A stretch of 64,000 nt of DNA from Propionibacteriaceae bacterium. GTDB taxonomy: Bacteria > Actinomycetota > Actinomycetes > Propionibacteriales > Propionibacteriaceae. A program made the translations under genes and the position numbers. Below the pieces are notes generated by a model that saw only the letters and a list, made by a program, of their open reading frames with translations, had not been told where the DNA came from and did no database searches. Shown piece after piece: positions 11,944 to 21,345 of this stretch. Every line of letters begins with the position of its first letter. Position 1 is the stretch's first letter. The stretch lies in NCBI GenBank assembly GCA_027492545.1, contig JAPUEL010000042.1:88286-152285 (forward strand). The letters run 5' to 3'.

Positions 11944-13097
11944 GCGAGGGCACAGCCCTCCTGCAGCAGCTGTGGGAGCTGGCGCTGTCCTCGCGCTGGT
12001 TCTCGGGGCGCAGCGGGCGGCCCGTGGACGTCGAGCTCGGCCCGTGGGCCGGGCCGACGCTGCGGCCGGCGGTCCTCGTCGTCGAGTTCGACGACGGGCA
12101 CCGCGAGCGATTCCACGTGCCGCTGCTCTACCGCGACGGCGCCCCCACCGACGCCTGCGACGAGGGCGGGGTCCTCCTGCGCGCCCTGCACGACGACGCC
12201 CCCGGCTTCGAGCGGTACCGGGCCGTGGCGCCCAACCTTCCCGCCCGACGCTACGCGGGCGAGCAGTCCAACACCTCAGTGTTCTTCGGCGACGAGCTGC
12301 TGGTGAAGGTGTTCCGCCGCCTCGAGCCGGGCCGTTCCGTGGACGTCGAGCTCCACGCCGCCCTGGCCGGCTCCGGAACCGTGGCGGAGCTGTACGGGGC
12401 GTGGACCTGGGACGGCACGGACCTCGCGGTCTTCCTGGAGGCGCTCCCGGACCCCACCGACGGCTACGTCCTGGCGTGCGAGTACGCCGCCGACGAGCGC
12501 AGCTTCACCGATCACGCCCACGCGCTGGGCGAGGCCCTCGCCACCGTGCACCGGGTCCTGGCCCAGCGGTTGGAGACGGGCACCGTCGACGGCGCGCGAC
12601 TGGCCGCCGACTGCAGGGCGCGGTTCGCCGCCGTCTGCGACGAGGTGCCCGACGTGGCCCGCTACCGGGACGCGGCCGAGGCCGTGTTCGCCGCCGTCGA
12701 GGACCGGCAGCTGCCCGCGCAGCGTGTGCACGGCGACTGTCACCTCGGTCAGGTCCTCCTTAGCGAGGGGCGCTGGCGCTACGTCGACTTCGAGGGCGAG
12801 CCGCTCAAGTCCATGGCCGAGCGGCGCCTCCCGGACTCCCCGCTGCGCGACGTGGCCGGGATGTTGCGGTCCTTCGCCTATGCCCAGGCCGCCGGCGGCG
12901 CGTCGGACGAGTGGCTCCAGCAGTGCCGCGAGGCGTTCCTCCAGGGCTACGGGCTCGACGCGGCGGCGGGGGATCCGGTGCTGGCCGCGTACGAGACCGA
13001 CAAGGCGGGATACGAGGCGGTCTACGAGGCTCGGTTCCGCCCGCACCTGCTTCAGGTGCCCCTCCACTACCTGGACACGCTGATAACGATCGCATAA
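11940..13097 (+). CDS. mak: Maltokinase (Pep2/Mak)
   Basis: GEQSNTSV, KVFRRL, RVHGDCHLGQVL, DFEGEP, SPLRDVAGMLRSF; GTG overlaps the glgE stop (GTGA). Confidence 0.9.
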
Positions 13098-13199
13098 CCC
13101 CTGGCTGCGGATTCCCCGCAGTGCGCCGTCCGTCCCCCGTGACGGCGCCCGGCACGCTAGATTGTCGCGCAGAAGACAACGCTTCGAAGGAGTCAGGAA

Positions 13200-15095
13200 A
13201 TGGCGCACGACCGCTTCGGTGGATTGACCGGTTGGGACTTTGAAGGGTTCCACGGTGGTGGCGACACCGAGTTGTGGAAGCGCCTGGGCAGCGAGGTAGT
13301 GACCGTCGAGGACGACGAGCGCGGCTCCGTCACCGGTGTGCGCTTCGCCGTCTGGGCCCCCAACGCCAAGTCGGTCTCCATCATCGGAGACTTCAACTGG
13401 TGGACCGGGGACCCGATGGAGCTGATCCCCGGCTCCGGCGTCTGGGGCGCATTCATCGAGGGCCTCGACGAGGGGACCCTCTACAAGTTCCGCATCGAGA
13501 CGCAGGACGGCACCTGGATCGAGAAGGTCGATCCGATGGCCAAGTTCAGCGAGCAGGCGCCGGCCAACGCGTCGATCGTCTACCGGTCGCGTTACGTGTG
13601 GTCCGACGATGAGTGGATCGCCAAGCGGCGCGCCTCACAGGCCCACGCCGAGCCGATGAGCGTCTACGAGGTGCACCTCGGCGGATGGCGCAAGGGCAAG
13701 AGCTACCTGGACCTGGCCGAGGAACTGGTCTCCTACGTGAAGTGGCAGGGCTACACCCACGTGGAGTTCATGCCCGTCTCGGAGCACCCCTTCGAGCCCA
13801 GCTGGGGCTACCAGGTCTCCGGTTACTTCTCCCCCACGTCGAGGTTCGGCAAGCCCGACGACCTGCGCTACCTGATCGATCGCCTCCACCAGGCCGGCAT
13901 CGGCGTGATCATGGACTGGGTGCCCGGCCACTTCCCCAAAGATGACTGGGCGCTGGGCCGGTTCGACGGCACCGCGCTCTACGAGCACGCGGACCCGCGG
14001 CAGGGCGAGCACCAGGACTGGGGCACCTACATCTTCAACTACGGCCGCAACGAGGTGAAGAGCTTCCTCGTGTCCAACGCGCTGTACTGGATCCAGGAGT
14101 TCCACATCGACGGCCTCCGGGTGGACGCCGTCGCCTCCATGCTCTACCTCGATTACTCCCGCGAGGAGGGCGAGTGGGTGCCCAACCAGTACGGGGGCCG
14201 CGAGAACCTCGAGGCCATCGACTTCCTGCGCTACTGCAACCGCCACCTGTACGAGCGCGAGCCCGGTGTGCTCATGATCGCCGAGGAGTCCACCAGCTTC
14301 GGCGGCGTCACCAAGCCTGTCCACGAGGGCGGCCTCGGCTTCGGCTTCAAGTGGAACATGGGTTGGATGAACGACACGCTGCGCTACCTGCAGCTGGACC
14401 CGGTCTACCGCCAGTACGAGCACAACCTGCTGACGTTCGCCATGGTCTACGCCTACTCGGAGAACTTCGTGCTGCCCATCAGCCACGACGAGGTGGTGCA
14501 CGGCAAGGGCTCCATGATCAACAAGGTCCCCCAGGACGACTGGCGCAAGTTCGCCACCCTGCGCGCCTACTACTCGTTCATGTGGAGCTTCCCCGGCAAG
14601 CAGCTCATCTTCATGGGCTGCGAGTTCGGGCAGCGGCCGGAGTTCAACGAGTCCGTGTCGCTCGAGTGGTGGGTCAGCGAGCTGTGGGGCCATGGCGGCC
14701 TTCAGCGGCTCTTCCGGGACCTCAACACCCTCTACAAGGCCAACCCTCCGCTGTACGAGCTGGACAACTCGCCCAAGGGATTCAGCTGGATCAACGCCGA
14801 CGACGCCGGGCACAACGCCCTCGCGTGGGTGCGTCACGACGAGGACTACAACCACATCGCGTGCGTGACCAACTTCTCGCCCGAACCGCTACGGGACTAC
14901 GAGATCGGCCTTCCCGCGGCCGGTGCGTGGGAGGAGATCCTCAACACCGACTCCCCCATCTACGACGGCTCCGGTGAGTTCGGCAACCTCGGCGAGGTCA
15001 CCGCGCACGAGGAGCCCTGGGGCCACTTCCCGGCTCGCGCCCGCGTGACGGTCCCCCCGCTCGGCTCCATCTGGCTGCGTCGCCTGGCGGACTGA
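13200..15095 (+). CDS. glgB: 1,4-alpha-glucan branching enzyme
   Basis: [53 protein letters not shown]. Confidence 0.97.
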   Translation: MAHDRFGGLTGWDFEGFHGGGDTELWKRLGSEVVTVEDDERGSVTGVRFAVWAPNAKSVSIIGDFNWWTGDPMELIPGSGVWGAFIEGLDEGTLYKFRIETQDGTWIEKVDPMAKFSEQAPANASIVYRSRYVWSDDEWIAKRRASQAHAEPMSVYEVHLGGWRKGKSYLDLAEELVSYVKWQGYTHVEFMPVSEHPFEPSWGYQVSGYFSPTSRFGKPDDLRYLIDRLHQAGIGVIMDWVPGHFPKDDWALGRFDGTALYEHADPRQGEHQDWGTYIFNYGRNEVKSFLVSNALYWIQEFHIDGLRVDAVASMLYLDYSREEGEWVPNQYGGRENLEAIDFLRYCNRHLYEREPGVLMIAEESTSFGGVTKPVHEGGLGFGFKWNMGWMNDTLRYLQLDPVYRQYEHNLLTFAMVYAYSENFVLPISHDEVVHGKGSMINKVPQDDWRKFATLRAYYSFMWSFPGKQLIFMGCEFGQRPEFNESVSLEWWVSELWGHGGLQRLFRDLNTLYKANPPLYELDNSPKGFSWINADDAGHNALAWVRHDEDYNHIACVTNFSPEPLRDYEIGLPAAGAWEEILNTDSPIYDGSGEFGNLGEVTAHEEPWGHFPARARVTVPPLGSIWLRRLAD

Positions 15096-15145
15096 CGCGT
15101 CACCCGGGTCGTCGGTCGCCGCGCCCACCGGGTACGGTCGTGCCC

Positions 15146-15925
15146 GTGAGCGACTTCAAGGTGTCCGTGGACATCGCCGGCGGCATCGGCACCCTGCGCT
15201 GGGATGAGCAGGAGGTCGAGGTCGAGACGCTCCAGCGCGCGCTGTCGTTGGCGTCCGACGACGCGATCCTGGCTCACGACCTGCGCCGTCTTCAGGTCGA
15301 GCTGCCCGAGTGGGACACCGCGGCGAGGGTCGCGGTGCACCGCTGCGGGTTCCGGCTGGAGGGCCGGCTGCGGTCCGCGGCCGAGCCCGAGCCGGGCGTC
15401 TTCCGCGACATCCTGATCTACTCGCGCCTCGCCGTCGACACCGTCTACGGGCCCAGCGGCTTCTCGGGCGTGCTGGACTCCATCCTGCCCACCAAGCGCG
15501 TCATCGCGCACGCGCTCTTCCTCGACGTGGAGGGCCGGGTGCTGCTGCTGGAGACCTCCTACAAGGAGGACTGGGAGCTCCCCGGCGGGGTGGTGGAACG
15601 CCTCGAATCCCCGCGCGACGGCGGGCAGCGCGAGACCCTGGAGGAGCTGGGCATCCGGGTGGAGTTCGGGCAGCCGTTGCTGGTGGACTGGATGCCGCCC
15701 TACCTCGGATGGTCCGACGCGGTGGAGTTCATCTTCGACGGCGGCGTCCTCCCGCCCGAGGTGGCGGCGGAGCTCGGCACCGACGACCGCGAGATCCGGG
15801 CCATCCACTGGGTCGAGCCCGCCGACGTCGCCACCCACGTGACGGAGCTGTCGGCCCGGCGGATCGCTCTCATGCTGAGCGGCTACCGCGGCCTGACGGA
15901 GGACGGCTACCCGGTCGCCCCCTGA
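15146..15925 (+). CDS. Fusion of a partial RimJ/RimL-like GNAT segment and a Nudix hydrolase
   Basis: N-terminal LRRLQV...HRCGFRLEGRLR...DILIYSRL; C-terminal WELPGGVVERLESPRDGGQRETLEELG. Start chosen 7 nt after TACGGT; GTG 15140 is an alternative. Confidence 0.75.
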   Translation: MSDFKVSVDIAGGIGTLRWDEQEVEVETLQRALSLASDDAILAHDLRRLQVELPEWDTAARVAVHRCGFRLEGRLRSAAEPEPGVFRDILIYSRLAVDTVYGPSGFSGVLDSILPTKRVIAHALFLDVEGRVLLLETSYKEDWELPGGVVERLESPRDGGQRETLEELGIRVEFGQPLLVDWMPPYLGWSDAVEFIFDGGVLPPEVAAELGTDDREIRAIHWVEPADVATHVTELSARRIALMLSGYRGLTEDGYPVAP

Positions 15926-15982
15926 CCGACCCTGCCAGACCCCGCGACGACAGGACGGTCAGGGCAGGGACACAATGGGGGC

Positions 15983-18778
15983 ATGGCCGACGCTCGACGC
16001 GACGTGACCCTCCTTCCCGCCGACGACGTGGCCCTGACGCTCGGGGTGGACCCGGCCTCGGGGCTCAGCGAAGCCGAGGTGGCCGCCAGACGGGCGGTGC
16101 ACGGTCCCAACGAGTTGCGCTCCACTCCCCCGGAACCGATGTGGAGGCGGCTGCTGCGCCAGTTCGCCGACCCGCTGATCTACCTTCTCCTCGCCGCGAT
16201 CGTCATCTCGGTGATCGCCTGGGCGGTCGAGGGAGGGGCCGGAGTGCCTGTCGACGCCGTCGTGATCGCGCTGATCGTGGTGGCCAACGCCGTCATCGGA
16301 TTCGTCCAGGAGAACCGGGCCGAGCGCGCCGTCGCGGCGTTGGCGGACCTGACCGCGACCCGGTCGACGGTCCTGCGGGAGGGGCAGCTCAGCACGGTCG
16401 CGTCGACCGAGCTGGTCCCCGGTGACGTGCTGGTGCTCGCGGAGGGAGACGCCGTCGGCGCCGACGCGCGCCTCGTCAGCGCCACGGCGCTGCGGGTGCA
16501 GGAGGCCTCGCTGACCGGGGAGTCGGAGGCGGCCGGCAAGTCCCCTGGCCCCCTGACCGGGCCCGCCCCGCTCGCCGAGCGCAGCAACATGGTGTTCAAG
16601 GGCACCGCCGTGTCCCGCGGCGTGGGGCGCGCCGTCGTCACCGACACCGGCATGCGCACCGAGATGGGCCGCATCGCCACGCTGCTGGACGAGACCGAGT
16701 CCGAGCCCAGCCCCCTGCAGCGCGAGATCGCACGCATCTCCACCACGCTGGGGCTGCTGGTGGTGGCCATCGCGATCGTGGTCATGATCACCACGGCCCT
16801 GGTCACCCGGGTCAGCACGCTCGAGGGGGCGGTCGACATCCTGCTCATGGGCGTGTCGCTGGCCGTGGCGGCGGTCCCCGAGGGCCTTCCCGCGATCCTC
16901 TCGCTCGTCCTCGCGATCGGCGTCCAGGCGCTGGCCCGCCGCAACGCTGTGATGAAGGACCTCCACTCGGTGGAGACCCTCGGCTCGGTGTCGGTCATCT
17001 GCTCCGACAAGACGGGCACCCTGACGCGCAACGAGATGACGCTGCGCGAGGTGGTGACGGCCTCTGGGCGGGTCACACTCGGGGGCACGGGCTACGCACC
17101 GGCCGGCGAGGTCACCGTCGACGGCGACGTCGACCGCACCCTCGACGAGGCTCGCCTGGCCCTCGTGGCCGGGTCGGTCGCCAACGACGCGCAGCTGACG
17201 CAACGCGACGGCACCTGGCAGATCCAGGGCGACCCGACCGAGGCGGCCTTCCTGGTGGCCGCCCGCAAGCTCGACGGCGCCCCGGAGCTCGCCGAGGGCC
17301 ACGCCCGCGCCGCGCACGCCCCGTTCACGTCCGAGCGCAGGATGATGTCGGTGCTGAGCGCCCACCCCCTCGGCGGGCACGTCGTCTATGCCAAGGGCGC
17401 CCCCGACGTCCTGCTGGAGCGCTGCACCACCGAACAGGTGGGGGACGCGACGACGCCCCTCACGGCCGGCCGTCGGATCGAGCTGGCCCGCACCGTCGAG
17501 TCCCTCGGCGGCAAGGGCTACCGCACCCTCGCGATCGCCTGGCGCGCCGCCGCGGCGGGTGAGGCGGAGGAGTTCGGCGAGCCGGCGGAGCAGGACCTCA
17601 CCTTCGGAGGGCTGGTCGCCCTCCTGGATCCTCCGCGCGCGGAGGCGGCCGCGGCGATCGCCGAGGCCCGCCGCGCGGGCATCCGCACCGTCATGATCAC
17701 CGGCGACCACCCCGTCACAGCGGCCCGCATCGCGGCCGACCTGGGCATCGGGGACGACGGGGACGCCGTCGTCGTGACCGGGGCCCAGCTCGACCGGACC
17801 GACGCAGCCGCCCTCATCGAGGCGGCCCGCACCACCCACGTGTACGCCCGGGTGGCGCCGGAGCACAAGCTTCGGGTCGTCGACGCGCTCCAGGCGGACC
17901 GGCAGGTGGTGGCGATGACCGGCGACGGCGTCAATGACGCACCCGCGCTGAAGTCGGCCGACATCGGCGTGGCGATGGGGATCACCGGCACGGAGGTCAC
18001 CAAGGAGGCCGGGGCCATGATCCTCGGCGACGACAACTACGCCACCATCGTGGCCGCCGTGCGGCAGGGCCGGGTGATCTTCGACAACATCCGCAAGTTC
18101 ATGCGCTACCTGCTCAGCTCCAACATGGGCGAGATCGCCACGGTCTTCCTGGGCGTCACCCTCGGTGGCGTGATCGGGCTGGCGGACCCGGCGAGCCCGG
18201 GCACCGCCGTCGTCCCGCTGCTGGCCACGCAGATCCTTTGGATCAATCTCGTCACCGACTCGGGCCCGGCCCTGGCGATGGGGGTGGACCCGGAGATCGA
18301 CGACGTGATGGCCAGGCCGCCCCGCCGCTATGACGACCGCCTCATCGACCGCCACATGTGGCAGCGCATCGTCGTGATCGGGGCGCTCATGGGCCTGCTC
18401 AGCCTGCTCGCCTACGACCTCACGCTGCCGGGCGGGCTGATCGGCGGCCTGGACCACCTGGCGCCAGCGGGCGAGGAGCTGGCCACCGCCCGCACCACGG
18501 TGTTCACCGCCCTGGTGGTGATGCAGCTGGCCAACGCGCTCAACAGCCGCTCGGACTGCGCGAGCGTGGCGAACCACCTCTTCACCAACCGCTGGCTGTG
18601 GGTCTCGCTGGTGGGCGCCATGCTCGCCCAGGTGGCCGTCGTGTACGTGCCGGTGCTGCAGCGCGCCTTCGGCACGGCCCCGCTCGGATGGCCGCACTGG
18701 ATCGTCGCGGTCGGCGCGGGGGCCGCCGTGATCGCCGTCGAGGAGGCCGTCAAGGGGGTGCGGAGAGCCCGCCGATGA
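15983..18778 (+). CDS. Cation-transporting P-type ATPase, type IIA (Ca2+-like)
   Basis: TGES, VPEGLP, DKTGTLT, KGAP, MITGD, TGDGVND, SSNMGEI, WINLVTD. Confidence 0.93.
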   Translation: MADARRDVTLLPADDVALTLGVDPASGLSEAEVAARRAVHGPNELRSTPPEPMWRRLLRQFADPLIYLLLAAIVISVIAWAVEGGAGVPVDAVVIALIVVANAVIGFVQENRAERAVAALADLTATRSTVLREGQLSTVASTELVPGDVLVLAEGDAVGADARLVSATALRVQEASLTGESEAAGKSPGPLTGPAPLAERSNMVFKGTAVSRGVGRAVVTDTGMRTEMGRIATLLDETESEPSPLQREIARISTTLGLLVVAIAIVVMITTALVTRVSTLEGAVDILLMGVSLAVAAVPEGLPAILSLVLAIGVQALARRNAVMKDLHSVETLGSVSVICSDKTGTLTRNEMTLREVVTASGRVTLGGTGYAPAGEVTVDGDVDRTLDEARLALVAGSVANDAQLTQRDGTWQIQGDPTEAAFLVAARKLDGAPELAEGHARAAHAPFTSERRMMSVLSAHPLGGHVVYAKGAPDVLLERCTTEQVGDATTPLTAGRRIELARTVESLGGKGYRTLAIAWRAAAAGEAEEFGEPAEQDLTFGGLVALLDPPRAEAAAAIAEARRAGIRTVMITGDHPVTAARIAADLGIGDDGDAVVVTGAQLDRTDAAALIEAARTTHVYARVAPEHKLRVVDALQADRQVVAMTGDGVNDAPALKSADIGVAMGITGTEVTKEAGAMILGDDNYATIVAAVRQGRVIFDNIRKFMRYLLSSNMGEIATVFLGVTLGGVIGLADPASPGTAVVPLLATQILWINLVTDSGPALAMGVDPEIDDVMARPPRRYDDRLIDRHMWQRIVVIGALMGLLSLLAYDLTLPGGLIGGLDHLAPAGEELATARTTVFTALVVMQLANALNSRSDCASVANHLFTNRWLWVSLVGAMLAQVAVVYVPVLQRAFGTAPLGWPHWIVAVGAGAAVIAVEEAVKGVRRARR

Positions 18779-18813
18779 TCGACTCATGCGGCGGCTCCCC
18801 ATAGTCTGGGGGT

Positions 18814-21345
18814 GTGTCAGCCACTCCCGTGTCCACTTACCGACTCCAACTGAACGCCTCGTTCACGTTCCAGGACGCCGTTGAGCAGGTGCCCTATCTG
18901 GCCTCTCTGGGCGTGAGCCACCTGTTCTGCTCCCCCATCCTGCAGGCGGCCCCCGGCTCCATGCACGGCTACGACGTGGTGGATCACAGCAGCGTCTCGG
19001 CCGAGTGCGGAGGCGAGGACGGGTTCCGCCAACTCGCCGAGGCGGCCCGCGACCACGGGCTGGGCATCGTCGTGGACGTGGTGCCCAACCACATGGCGGT
19101 GCCCACCCCCCTGTGGCTCAACCGCGCGCTCTGGGACGTCCTGAGGTCGGGGCCCGAATCGGACTTCGCGGGCTGGTTCGACATCGACCTGACCCGCTCC
19201 CGCGCCATCCTCATGCCGGTGCTGGGCCGCCGCATCGGCGACGAGCTGGCCGACTCCGCCATCGCCGTGGTGGAGCGCGACATCGACGGCCGCCCCGAGC
19301 GCGTGGTGACGTACCACGACCACGTGTTCCCCATCCGCCCCGGCACCGAGGACCTGCCGCTCGACGAGCTGCTGGATCAGCAGTGGTACCGGCTGGCCTA
19401 CTGGAAGGTGGGCAACGAGGAGCTGAACTACCGCCGGTTCTTCGACGTCGACACCTTGGCCGCGATCAGGGTGGAGGACCAGTCGGTGTTCGACGCCAGC
19501 CACGCGCTGCTGCTGCGCCTCTACGACGAGGGCCTCATCCAGGGGTTCCGCATCGATCACCCCGACGGCCTGGCCACCCCCCGCGGCTACCTGCAGAAGC
19601 TGCACCGCGCCACCGGCGGCTGCTGGGTGGTGGTGGAGAAGATCCTGGAGCCCCACGAGACTCTGCCCGTGGGCTCGCGCTGCGCGGGCACCACCGGCTA
19701 CGACGCGCTGCTGCGCGTGACCGGCCTGTTCCACGACCCGGCGGAGCTGCCACGCCTCAACGAGCTGTGGGAGCGGGTGGCCGGCGGCGAGGGGTGGTTC
19801 GGCGCGGCGCTGCTCAAGGCCAAGGACGAGGTGGTGCGCAGCATGCTGTTCGCCGAGGTGAACAGGCTGGTGTCGATCGCCGTGGCGATCTGCGAGTCCG
19901 ACGTGACGCTGCGCGACCACACACGCCGCGAGCTCGGCCGCGCCATCCGCGCGCTGCTGATCAACATGGACCGGTACCGCGCCTACGTCGAGCCGGGGCT
20001 CCCGGCACCCGTCGAGGAGCGGGCGGTGATCGTCGAGGCCGCCGACCGGGCGCGCCCCGAGCTGGCCGAGGACGAGCAGGCCACCCTGGACCTCATCGTC
20101 GCCCTGGCCTGCGGCGACACCCGTCCGGGCGAGCCCGGCGGCGCGGAGGACCTCCCGCCGGTGGGGTCCACCGCGGTCACCACGGAGCTGCCGCACACGG
20201 CCCCGGGCGTCGCGGAGCTGCGGGCCGAGTTCATGATCCGCTTCGCCCAGACCTGCGGCCCCGTGATGGCCAAGTCCAAGGAGGACACGGCCTTCTACCG
20301 CTGGAACCGGTTCGTCGGGGTCAACGAGGTAGGCAGCGAGCCCACCCTCGTGGGGGTGTCGGTGGACGGGTTCCACAGCTTCTGTGAGCAGACCAACCAC
20401 GCCTGGCCCTCCACCATGACCACGCTGTCCACCCACGACACCAAGCGTTCCGAGGATGTCCGTGCCCGCCTCGCGGCGCTGTTGGAGCACGCCAAGGAGT
20501 GGGAGGCGTGCGTCGCCGAGCTGCGTGCCGCCACCGACCACGACCGCGCAGGGGTCGACGGCGCCACGGAGCTCCTGCTCTGGCAGACGCTGGCCGCCAC
20601 CTGGCGCCTCCCCGGCACGGCCGCGGGGTCCGCCCCCATCACCGCGGACCGGCTCGAGGGCTACCTCACCAAGGCCATGCGGGAGGCGAAGGCGCACACC
20701 ACGTGGTCCGCCCCGGACCACGCCTACGAGGCGGCCGTGCAGGCGCTGGCGAGGACCGCGCTGGCGGACGAGCGCTGCGCCGCGGCGCTGGACGACGTCA
20801 CCGCCACCGTCACAGAGTCGGTGCGGTGCATCGTCCTGGGCACGAAACTGCTCCAGCTGGCGATGCCGGGCGTGCCGGACGTGTACCAGGGGTGCGAGGT
20901 GGTGGACCTGTCGCTGGTGGACCCGGACAACCGCAGGCCTGTGGACTTCGCCGCGCGCGCGGACCTGCTGGCCGCCGTCGATGCCTCGCATCAGCAGAGC
21001 CTCGACGCGGAGAAGCTGCTGGTCACCAGCAGGGCGCTGCGGGTGCGCGGCGAGCATCCGGACGCGTTCCGGGGCGAGTCGGCCACCTACTCGCCGGTGC
21101 CGAGCACCAGCGGCCACGCCGTCGCGTTCGCCCGCGGCACGAGCGACGGCGGGGTCGCCGCCGTCGCGGTGGCCACCCGCCTTCCCTCCCTGCTGGCCGA
21201 GCGCGGCGGATGGGGCGAACATCAGGTGATCCTGCCCGAGCGTCCGTTCGTCGACGCGCTGACGGGCCGGGAGTTCGACGGCGGCGCCACGCTCCTGGCG
21301 GAGGTCCTGGCCACGCTCCCCGTCGCCCTCCTGGTGGCCCGATGA
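18814..21345 (+). CDS. treY: Malto-oligosyltrehalose synthase
   Basis: STYRLQL, GSMHGYDVVD, DVVPNHM, NYRRFFDV, FRIDHPDGL, VVEKIL, STHDTKRSEDVRAR, SLVDPDNRRPVDF. Confidence 0.96.
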   Translation: MSATPVSTYRLQLNASFTFQDAVEQVPYLASLGVSHLFCSPILQAAPGSMHGYDVVDHSSVSAECGGEDGFRQLAEAARDHGLGIVVDVVPNHMAVPTPLWLNRALWDVLRSGPESDFAGWFDIDLTRSRAILMPVLGRRIGDELADSAIAVVERDIDGRPERVVTYHDHVFPIRPGTEDLPLDELLDQQWYRLAYWKVGNEELNYRRFFDVDTLAAIRVEDQSVFDASHALLLRLYDEGLIQGFRIDHPDGLATPRGYLQKLHRATGGCWVVVEKILEPHETLPVGSRCAGTTGYDALLRVTGLFHDPAELPRLNELWERVAGGEGWFGAALLKAKDEVVRSMLFAEVNRLVSIAVAICESDVTLRDHTRRELGRAIRALLINMDRYRAYVEPGLPAPVEERAVIVEAADRARPELAEDEQATLDLIVALACGDTRPGEPGGAEDLPPVGSTAVTTELPHTAPGVAELRAEFMIRFAQTCGPVMAKSKEDTAFYRWNRFVGVNEVGSEPTLVGVSVDGFHSFCEQTNHAWPSTMTTLSTHDTKRSEDVRARLAALLEHAKEWEACVAELRAATDHDRAGVDGATELLLWQTLAATWRLPGTAAGSAPITADRLEGYLTKAMREAKAHTTWSAPDHAYEAAVQALARTALADERCAAALDDVTATVTESVRCIVLGTKLLQLAMPGVPDVYQGCEVVDLSLVDPDNRRPVDFAARADLLAAVDASHQQSLDAEKLLVTSRALRVRGEHPDAFRGESATYSPVPSTSGHAVAFARGTSDGGVAAVAVATRLPSLLAERGGWGEHQVILPERPFVDALTGREFDGGATLLAEVLATLPVALLVAR

